Positions 23,201 through 33,651 of a DNA stretch of 64,000 nt are shown one piece after another. The stretch covers positions 3,706,153 to 3,770,152 of the forward strand of contig MU055753.1 of assembly GCA_013239625.1 (NCBI GenBank), read 5' to 3'. The first letter of the stretch is position 1. Each line of letters begins with the position of its first letter. Both the position numbers and the translations under genes were made by a program. This DNA is from Lama guanicoe (taxonomy: Eukaryota). The notes beneath the pieces are model-generated. The model had not been told where the DNA came from. It saw only the letters and a list, made by a program, of their open reading frames with translations, and made no database searches.

Positions 23201-24149
23201 GCATCTGCCCCAACAGCTGACTGTGGGGCAGCCACAGATGTCACACCCCAGGGAACTCGGTGTTGACAGGACAGTCCAGCTACAGGACTGTCCCACTGTT
23301 GCGCACCTTGTATGGCCAGGGGAAAGCTGCTCAGCTCTGTGGGCCTCAGTCTCCTCATCTGCAAAGCTGGCATTGCACTGTGCTGCTGGTGGGGCCAGAT
23401 TCCATGAGAATACTCGGGAGAACTGGGGGCGGGGTGTGGCTCTGTACAGCTCAGCCATCGGTCTGTTGCTGTGGTGGTTTGCATGGCCTGAGCCTGCCCT
23501 GGGGGCCAAGTCCAAATGGGACAGCCAGTATCTGGCCTCCTGCACTCACTAGCCTATGAGGAGCCTCCTCCACCCCGGCCTGGGCCCTGGGGTGGGTAGA
23601 GACCCCACCACTAAGTGACACCCCCTCCCCACAGACCCCTTAGCATCCAGAGCCCCAGCAGGCCCTTAGCCAAAACCTGCTCCCATTCGAGTGCTCAGGG
23701 CTTGGGTGGAGCTGATGGCCCACCTCAGGGGTTCATTGCTGGGGCCCAGGGTGAGCTTGCCCCTGCTGGTGGACCTGGCCCCAACCCTGCCCCCTGGGAC
23801 CCTGGGACTCTGGGGGTCACAGGCCTCACTGCCACTCGCCCTGCCAGATGGAACCGTGCTGTAGGGGCTCAAGGTTCCAGAGCCTCCTGGCCCCACTAAG
23901 CAGGGGCAGATGTGGTGAAAGCTGAGGTCGAAGGCCAGCCTGGGGCACCTGGCTCCCCATCCACCTCAGCTGGCAGGGAAACATCTGTGGGCACCTTCAT
24001 CCTCAGCCGTCCTGCATCCCCACCTCCTGCTCTACCTTCAAGACCTGCCCAATGGAGCCAGCCCTATCCTGGGCCCTAGCAGGCTGCACACCAGGGCGTG
24101 TGTGGCCGGCATGGCCGTGCACCATCAAGGTTGCCTGCACGCTCTCCCC

Positions 24150-24392
24150 ACCGAGATGTACACACGTGGCCAGCTCTGTGACAGCACCAACAGAACGGAA
24201 ACACACACTTGTCACTCAACCCAGGCAGCACAGAGGGTCCACGCATGCCTGACATCCCTGCAGGGGACATACGTGCACCACATACGCATGCAGATGTGTG
24301 TGCTCCTGGGTGCACATGGACGTGCACATGTACTCACACGGATGCTAGCACACACATCAAGTGCAGGTGTGCTCATGTACAAACACACACGT
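24150..24392. repeat. CA/TG-rich low-complexity stretch (a similar one lies at 26030-26410)
   Basis: Dense cacacac, catgca and tgtgtg motifs. Confidence 0.6.
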
Positions 24393-25697
24393 GAACCTCG
24401 AGGCAAGGATACTGCTGGGCTGGGGCCCCACCAGTGGCAAGGGGTGTGCGCTGGGCAGCTGCCAACCGTGAGCTCAACCTCTCACTCTCGCGGGGCTGCA
24501 GAGCAAGTGCCCGCTGTGCCTGGGGCCCCGAGGGGCAGACATGGCAGCGTCACCTGGCATAGCCCTGGCTCCTCCCCTACACATCTGCCTGGCGGGCATC
24601 GCTGCAGAAGTGGGTGGCCAGCCGGGCAGGGTGCTGAGTGAGGCATGGAAGTGAGCAGGGACCCTGGTGCCACTACCCTGCACCATCCCTGTACCCCAAG
24701 GCTCAGTTGCAGGGGCTGACTCACTGGGTGGACTGGGACTGCTGGTGTCTGGAGCACCTAGTCTGCAACATCGCTGCTTCTGACAGCTGCCACCTGGCCC
24801 TGGAGCAGCCTCCCTCTAGGACAGACGGAATTCTTCATGCTCAGGTGAGAGGCAGGGGCAAGCAGGAATCACCACCAGCTGGACGCACGGGGCCTCAGCT
24901 GGAAGTCTGGCCTCTGTGCGGCCCTGGGCAGGTAGCTGAGTCCCTCTGAGCCTCTGTCTTGTGGGGCAGTAACACCTCTCTGTGTTCCTCCTGGGCCATG
25001 CAGAGTCCAGAGGCCCACGGGTGTCCCAAGTCGACAGCCCGTGCAAGGCTGTGGCCCAGGAGCCAGCAACGTGGCCTGGGCTCCCCGGCCCACCCACCTT
25101 CCCCAGGCCTCACAACTGTCATTTCCACTTTGGTCAGGGCAGCCAGCGGGCTGCAGCGTGAGTGGTGTCCGGGGTCAGGTCTCACTGGGCACCTGAGGCC
25201 CTGAGAGGGAAAGGGGGCTGCCTAGGCCACCAGATGTGGGTCTGAAGCCAAGGCTGCACCAAAGTAGGTTGGGGGCCACCAGGCCTCTCACCCCTGATGC
25301 TATAGGGACTCACTGGGACTACCACCCACCCAACCCCTAGAGCTGTTAAGATATCGGTTCATTGGAGACACGGCAGCCCAGCCTGTGGGTCCCCTGAGTC
25401 CTGACCCACAATGACAGAGGCCCCAGGGTTGGGCTTGGCTCCCCATCTGCCACTCCCTTTTATTCCAAAGATAAATTGTTTGTGGGTTGTACCCTCCCCC
25501 AAGACAGAGAGACATGGTTGCAGCCCGAAGTTCGAGGCCCTTCACAGTGCCTATCCTGTGTGACCCTGGATGGTGACCTACCCTCTGTGCCCTGCCCTGG
25601 CCTCACTACCTCCTGTCTCCTCTCCAGCTTGTCCTGGACTGGCTGCCTGTGACCCTGGTTCCTTCCTGCCAGAAAAACCATTGCACGCCGCACAGCC

Positions 25698-28600
25698 ATG
25701 GGCCCCAGAGCAGGTGAAATGACCCTCCCTCCCCATCTCGGGAAGCAGCTCCCCAGTGGGACAGGACCACCCTCTTTCCTCTAGTCTGCTCTTGGGGGTC
25801 CTGCCCCAGGGCTCCCCCACTGGGCGTTAGGGAAGAGAAGTGAGATGGCACAGATGGGGCACTGGGCCTGGGGGTCCTGGCGGGGACAAGGCATGGATGA
25901 GGGGGACCATGGCTAGAAGGGACGGAGCTACCTAGGGGCTCAGGAGAAGATGGTAGCTGACCCCATCCCTCTGCTTGGGGATCTTGGGGCTCAGACTGTG
26001 AGGACAGAGGGTGGAGGGAGGGGTAGAGGCAAGAGTTTACACACATGTACACCTGCCAGGTGTACACACATGGGTCCACACCATCCACACGTGGATGTGC
26101 CATTATAGACGTGGCATTGGTAGGCATGTATACAGGCCACAACATACATGTGCACAAGCTTCCATAGTCACATGCCACCTGCTGCACATGCCGACACATC
26201 ATCACACGGGTGTGTACACAATCATACCACCAGACACACAGGCATGCTGTGTGGGCATGCATGCCACCACACACATACAACCCACCACATATGTGTGTTC
26301 ATCACCACATACCATTAGGGGCACATGCATACAATGTCAAAGACAGTCATCTATACAGTTAGACACGCTGTCACACACATGTTCACCTGATCAGAAGCAC
26401 ACCCAGGCACATGCGCTCAGGCTTAGGCTGGCATAGACAGGTGACCAGCACCATTGTGGCAGACACAGAGGCCCTGGGCAGACCCACACTGGATGCTCCC
26501 ACACGTGCTCACAGCTTGTTCTGTTCCAGGTGCCCTGGTGAGCCCGGGCCTTGCCCTCCTGGTGTCACTCACTGCCCACTGCTCTCCTCCCAACACCAAG
26601 GGTGCCTCCCAGGGAGGGCTGGATGCCAGCAGCGCCAACCTGTGGGCCAGGTGAGTGCAAGTTCTAAGTCCACAATCACATTTCCTGCAGCAGATTCCCT
26701 GGTAGGCCTGGGTAGGGGACAAGGAAGGACCATCTCCAGGGTCTGCATGTGATGGCCCAGGCATCTGGGGCAGGGCTCTGACTCCCGGCTCCAACATGGG
26801 GGCCTGGCCCTGCCTGCCTAGGTAACTCACCAGAGACGGCTCAGGGAGGCTGGTGTCCTGCACCAGAGTCATGCGCACATGGCTGGCACTACTCTCCTTG
26901 GCCTGGCAGGCAATCACTTCTTGTCCTGAGGCCTTTCAGCATTCGTTTCCCCCTCAAGCTTTGCTTCCCTCTCAGACTCCAAACTGGACCTCTCTCCAGG
27001 GGTATCATGCAGGGGGGATTGGAAGTCACTCATCTGCTGTGAATCAGTTGACCACTATGCTGACTGATCAGGCAGAGCTGGAGGCCAAGTTGGACCAGCT
27101 GAGACATGACCCCTCCCCGTGCATGAATTGTATTAGATTCACATCATGAGGAATGCCTGGCTGTGGGTGCCTGGCAGGTGCTCTCCAAACTCTCAGCCAT
27201 CGCTGGGACCATGGAGCCCTAAACTCTGGAACCAGGCCTCAGAGGAAGCGTAGACTCAGAGTCTGGACACTCTGGACTCAGGGGCCACTTTTAATCCCAC
27301 CCATGGCTCGGTGCCTGGCACCAACCAGGTACTCTCAGAGGAATGAGTGTGTGCACATGCGTGTCTGTGAAACTAGAGCCTGGCCGTCTGCACTTCCTGT
27401 CTCACTCCTCAGTGTTGAAGAGTGATCATCCTGCATGCTGCAGCCTGGAGGCCCCCAGCCTCCCACTCCCTCTGCCCCTCACTGTCTGCCTCCTTTCTGC
27501 CCAGTGCCAACACCTCCCTCCTGCAAGGCTTCTGGTGCCAGCCGGCCAGCCAGCTGTCCCGGGACCAGCTTGCAGCTTTGATCAGGAGGATGGCATTGCA
27601 GCAGGTCCCCCTCAGAGCCTGGCAGGTCAGCAGCGGCACCTGCAGTGAGCACCTGGGTGTCGAGGGCAAGGGTAGACTCCCTGGAGAAGCGCCCCGGGGA
27701 CAGGCAGGAGGGGAGGCATCCTTAGCAGAGGACCCAGGCCAGGACCTCAGGGCCGGGACATAGAGCAGCTCTCCTGGAGCACAGGGACCCCGCACTAGAG
27801 AACTGCATCCATTGTTTGTAGGCCAACCTGCCAATTTCACAGCCACCTAAGATGCACCTCTCAGGTCACCTGATGGAACATGAAGTTGGCCTCTGAGGTC
27901 AGCATCTCCTTCCCTTGAGCGATTTTCCAGCACGGCCCACTTTGGACCATTGCCAGGATTTCTCAGCCAATTGCCCACAGACTCCTGCCTCTTGCTCTGG
28001 GTTTGACGAGGGCTTGCCCACCTGGCCTCCAAGTTGTCCGGACTCCCAGGGGGATCTTCCAGCCTGCTAGCCTCTCCCCTACCTGGGCCACGAGAAGGGC
28101 CAGTTGAGCCCACCAGGACCCACAGCTGACACAAAGTCACCAGCCCCTGAGTTTAAAAAAAGAAAGGAAGAAAAGCTGTCATTTTGTCTTGTTATAAAAT
28201 TAATATAAAACTAGTAATAAATTTGAAACAACCCCAGAGTAGGCCAAGTGAGTGGGATAAGAAGCCCAGGCGGGGTCGGCAGCGGATAAGTGGACTCCAG
28301 GAACCACTGTGGTGCCGTGGGGGCTGGGGTGGGCAGGAGCCTGATGCCGGAAGTTGGGGGCTCTCAGGCTAGGTTTGACCCATTCTGAGGCCTGTTCTGA
28401 CGTGGAGGTTGAGGCAAGAAGAGGAAGACATGGAGTCCGTAACAGAGAGCCGGCAGGTGGAAAGAAGGGACAGGTGGACTTGGGGTGAGGGTGGAGAGGT
28501 GGGTGAGGGGCTTGGCCCAAGGAGGGCCCCACACTGAGGGGAGGGTGACGGGCAGAGAGGAAGGGGCTGGGTAGGGCCCAGGCGGGACGAGGGCATGACA

Positions 28601-31600
28601 AAGTGCCTGCGCTGCCCAGCTCAGCTGCCTGGCCAACCTGGCCGCCCGGCAAGGCCTCCAGCGTGACTTTGAGCTCCACCCTCCGGACCTGCTGCTCTTC
28701 TATGAGTGAGTGCCCCTCCCTGCCCAGCGTCTGGCTGGCTGGGCTGAGCATGCTCCCAGGGGCACCTCAGTCATTTGGAGGCCCCCCAGCTGGCCCTGCC
28801 CTACTGACAGCTCCTTACCTTCCCGCAGCCTGACACAGGTGAGAGAAGCCAACTGCCGGGCCTTCATCCACCGTGCCGCCCAGGGAGACACAGAACTGCT
28901 GGCCAACCTGCCTGACCAGAGGGCCGCCCTGCAGCACAGGGCCCTGGCCTGCCTGGTAGGCGCTGTGGGCTGGCCGGGCGAGGACAGGATGGGTGAGTGG
29001 GACCAAGCTCATGCTGACCTGCTATCCTGCAGGGAGGGCCCCGTCCACGGCTCAGTGCCTCTGACCTGCTGCTCCTCGGGGTCCTGGTGTGTGACATGGA
29101 CGCATCAAGCATCATGGCCGCAGACCCCCGTGTGCTGCAGAACCTGCTGCGCTGCCCCCGGCTGACAGCCACCCAGCAGTTCGCCCTCAACAGGCTGCTG
29201 GCCAGTGGCAGGACCAAGCTCGGGTGGGTGGGGGCCCGTCCCTTCTGCCCAGGCCTCCCCTCCTTGAGATGAGAGAGGAGGCAGCCTGGAGACTGGTGTC
29301 CACAGCCCCACTGACCTCCAGCCTCTGACCCAGCTCACATCCCACCCTGACCCTGCTGCCTACAGTGTATGGGTTTGGGGTGCTGTCCCCACCTGCTGGG
29401 CCCCGCAGTCCCCCTCCCCAGAGGCCTGGGGTGGAAGAATCTCTGCTGGGCAGGCCCTGGGAACTGTACTCAGACCTGATACAGAGCCCCCCTTTGCACG
29501 TCAGGCCCCCTGGCTCCTGGAACCTGGAGGGGCTGCAGGCTCTGGGACCTCTGGCCACCTATATCAGCCCTGGCCTGTGGATGCAGGTGCAGGAGGTAGG
29601 GCAGCACCTTGGGGCAGGGTAGGGGCTCCAGCCGACCTTCCATCAGCCCATCTAGGCCTGCGGGTCGGCTGTACAGACATTCTGATGCCCAAGTCGTGTC
29701 CCTGGTCACTCTCCATCACAGAGTTTCTGTCTGAGGGGAGGGAGGAGGGGACGGGTGGCTCTGGTGGCCCTCCCTAGGGTGTGGATTCTCCAGGCCCATC
29801 CCTCCAGGCCGTGGGCCTGGACTTCTTCGGCAGCATGGTGGCCATGTGCCGGGAGGGGCAGCTCAGCCAGCATGATGCCAGGCGCTTTGTCACCTGCTTC
29901 CTCGAGGCCAAGGCCAAGTTGGTTTCCTCACAGTTCAAGAGGGACACAGGTCAGTGTGGCCACCGTGTCTGGGGACACTGCATCTCCCCCTGCTCAGGGT
30001 CCTCATCCAGGAGTGGGGGCACCAGAGACATGGCAACCCACACTGAATCCCCTGAGCTTGGCCTAGGGGTCTTCATCCAGCCTCAGCAGAGTGGTCAGAG
30101 TCTGGTGGGGCAGGACTGGGAGTTGAGGTCAAGGTCAGAGTTGACTCAGTCTGGTCTGGGCCAAGTATTTGGCTAGGGGGTCAAGTTTGACGAGAGTCAT
30201 GGGTGGGTCATGGTTAGGAGTGAAGTGGGGCCCAAAATCAGCAGCAGTTGTCAGCTCAGGCCGAGGCTGACCAGCTCGGTCCTCAACACCAGCACCCCAC
30301 CCAGCCACAGGGAGAACCTGCATCCGTGGCGACATCACTGCAGCCACGCTGCAGGACAACCTCTTCCTGGTGCGCTACGACTGCTCACAGCTCGAGTCCT
30401 GCCTGGGCAACCGCGTGCTCAGGGCCAACCTGGACCCCCTGCTGCAGCACCCGCTGCCTGCCGAGTGCCAGCAAGTCGTCAAGACCAAGTTGGCTCAGGT
30501 GCGCTGGGGACCAGTAGTGGGAGGTGAGTTGGGGGCCAGCGGTGTGGCCTGACCCCCGCCCACCACTCGTTGCAGGTCTACCCGGGCGGCATCCCTGAGG
30601 AGCAGCTGCAGCTCATCCCCTCGCTGGTCTACCTCTACTCCCATGGTGAGATCGGCCGGTGGCACATCACATCCAGGGACACAGTTGTGGCCCTGCTGGC
30701 CCCAGATGGGGCCCTGGAGAACCAGACGGAGGTGAGGGCAGTGGGGGCTGTAGGAGGCTCCACTGACTCCAGCCTTGCTGACCCCAACCCTACCCACAGG
30801 CCATCCTGCAGAAGTTCCTGGACCATAACGGCACTGTCACTGGCGCCCTGCTTGTGGCCATCGGGGGCTCCCGCCTCTGCTGGATGAGCCCCCGGCAGAT
30901 CCAGGCCATCCAGCCCTCAGAGTTCCGGTGAGCCCACCCAGCAACTCACCCTCCACAGCTCTGAGCCAACTCCACTCTTTAGCCAAGGAAGGTTGGGGGA
31001 CACTGAGGCTCAGGCTGGGGCCCAGGCCAGGCCATCAGAGGGTATGCTCATTTCTTATGGCCACCATAACAAGGGGAGTGGCTACAAACAGCAGAGATGT
31101 ATCCTTTCACAGTCTGGAGGCCAGAAGTCTGAAATTATGGTGTCGCAGGCCCACCTCTTTCTGAAACCTGTAGGAGATGGTTCTTCCTACCTCTTCCAGC
31201 TTCTGGTGCTGCATCACCCCCATCTCTACCCCCATCATCACATAACCATCTTCCCCATGTCTGTGTCCAAATTTCTTCTTATGACCAGTGGTTAGATTTA
31301 GGGCTCACCCGAAATCAGCATGACCTCATCTCAATTTGATTATATCTGCACATAGGAAAGACCCTATTTCCAAATAAGGTCACATTCTGAGGTTTTGGGT
31401 GGATGTGAATTTGGGGGACACACTAGTCAGCCCAATGCCAAGGTGAAGAGGAAAGCTGTGGCTCAGGGAGAGAGGGCCAGGCCCCATGTCCAGAGGATGA
31501 GGGGCTGCTGGCCTGCCCTCAGCCCCACACCCTCCCCCAGGCTGGCCGGCACCCTGGATATCTCCTCCTGCCCTCAGAGCCGGAAGAACGTGCTCTACGC

Positions 31601-33029
31601 CAAGGCCCGAGAGGCCTTCAGCAGTACCAGGACAGCGGCTGCCTACTACCGCCTCATGCGCCCCTACCTCGGTGAGACCCCGCCCTGTGTGCGACACCCC
31701 TCCTCTGGAGCCCTGCCCTCCTCCAGAGCCCTCACCACTGCCCTACCCCCAGGTGGTGCCCCGGTGGAGGAGCTGCGGCACCTAGCCCAGGCTAACGTCT
31801 CCATGGACATTGACACCTTTACCAACCTGAACCCCCGTGTGCTTCAGGTGAGCCCAGGGGCTGCCCATCAGGTGTGGGGCAGGGCTGGCCGAGCTGGGGA
31901 GCCCTAGGTCATGTCTGCAGGCCCCAATATCCCCAAATTGGAGGTGTACAGATAGTGTGGGCCCCAGGTCACTTCTCCAGGCTGGTTCTGCCAGGTCTCA
32001 CCCCTGGATTGGTTAAACATTGACCCATGTCCCTCCTTCTATGGCCCCCTGGTTCCCTTGCAGAGCCTGAGTGTGGGCAACGTGACCACACTGCTAGGCC
32101 AGAATGTAGGGGACCTGCAGAAGGCTCGCAGCCACCCGACCATCAGCTCCTGGCTCCGCAGCCTCAACCAGTCAGCCCTGGGTGAGCTGGGCCTGGACAC
32201 GGACCCTACTGGCCCCACTGGCCCAGCCCACTCAACCACTGGGACCCCCAGCACCACACCCTGGATGCCCCAGCTAGCTCCCACCTCAGACCAGCCTGGG
32301 AGTGATGCCCCCAGCTCAGGTACAACCGCACCCACCCTCCCCCTCAGCAGGACATCCCCCCTTTGCCCTCTGTGCTCTGGGCCCTCTGCAGACCCCTGAC
32401 TGCTACTAGCTTCTCATCTTCACTCAGTCTCATTCTCTGCTGGCCAAATCTTTCCATCTGCCTCCTCGGATGACATCTGGGTGACACTGGCTTTCCCCTG
32501 CATCACCTGCCGTGTTAGTGAAGGACACAATTGTCTCCCCCAAACCCAATGAGCTGCAGAAGGTGGAGGGTAGGGAAGCTATGAGGTCCCTGTCTTTGCC
32601 CAAAAGAGTGGCTGTGCATGGGGGTCTTCATTGCTCTTCCCACCCACAGGGATGGTGTGAGCCTCCAGCCTAGGGCAGGGGCTGCCCAGGCCTCGGAGGC
32701 TGTGGGACAGCCTTGAGTGGGAACGGGGGGCACCCAGCAAGACTGAAGGGTGCTCCCTCCTTGTTCCACCTACAGGCAGCCCTCCAGCCCACCTTGGGTA
32801 CCTGCTACTTGCCATAGCCCTGCCCTCAGGCCTCCTGTGGCTGCTGTATTGGGGCACCCTGGAGCCTAGCTGGGACCACTCATGGGGCATCTGCACCATA
32901 GCTTCTGAAGGCAGTGCTGCCCCAGCACCACATGCAGGAAAACTGGGGCTATTAAGTGGAGCTGGACAACTACTCAGGCCAAGACACAGGCACCAGGCCC
33001 AGGGGACCTGGCCACGCCCCATGTCCTAG
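25698..33029 (+). CDS. MSLNL: Mesothelin-like protein (700 aa), intact, 15 coding exons
   Basis: Exons 25698-25713, 26530-26650, 27505-27625, 28620-28705, 28829-28955, 29033-29223, 29505-29595, 29808-29949, 30311-30498, 30576-30731, 30800-30927, 31541-31671, 31753-31847, 32064-32319, 32776-33029 (2103 nt, all in phase). Signal peptide MGPRAGALVSPGLALLVSLTAHC; LLQGFWCQPASQL, LVCDMDASSI, GPPGSWNLEGLQALG, CPQSRKNVLYAKA, GGAPVEELRHLAQANVSMDIDTF; hydrophobic C-terminal segment; AATAAA at 33204-33209. The start exon is the least certain part. Confidence 0.92.
31045..31440 (-). mobile_element. MLT1 (ERVL-MaLR) solo LTR in an MSLNL intron
   Basis: Diagnostic strings cacagtctggaggccagaagtctgaaat, gacctcatctcaatttgatta and accctatttccaaataaggtcacattctgagg. 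Confidence 0.8.
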
Positions 33030-33651
33030 GGGCCTACAGGGCCGGTCCCTGCCCACACCCAGCTCCCAGGACCTGGAGCCAGACTGAGGACCTGAGCCCG
33101 GGGTCACTTCCCCAGCCAGTGAGGGAGACGCTGCCCTGCCCTCTGGCCTCTTCCAGATGAAGAACGGGGGTTGGCAAAGGGGCTGATTTTGCTGATGGAT
33201 TTGAATAAAGGATGAGGGGATCTTCCTGCCTGTGTTCCTTTGCTCTGGGCCTAAGGAAGGCACAGAGACCCTCTTAGCTGGGGTCAGGACTTCCAGGGAG
33301 TCCCCTGGGGTGACAGTGTCACTAGAAGCCACACTGAGTGTTGGCCTGGCCTCAGGGGAAACAGCAGCAGGAAAGTCCCAAGAGCCCTCCTGCCTGGAGT
33401 CCCTCCTCTTTCCAGGTGCAAACAGGAGGGGGCTGCAACCCAGGGAACCATGCTTTATGGGGTCACAGCCATCAGGGGCCCTCCCACCCGGGGCCCTCCC
33501 ACCCAGTCCTCAAAACACTAGGGGGCACCACTGCGAGGGGGGTATGGGTCTTCTTTTATTGTGCTTCGGTGCCCTCAGGTCGGACAGGGACCACCCAGGC
33601 CTGCTCCCAGCCAGGCAGGGCCTCCACAGCAGGGCCTCCAGAGCAACGGGC

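Noticed and set aside
31900-33200. MIR662 hairpin (lies within the MSLNL region in human)
   Set aside because: I could not recognise the hairpin, so there is no support from the sequence.
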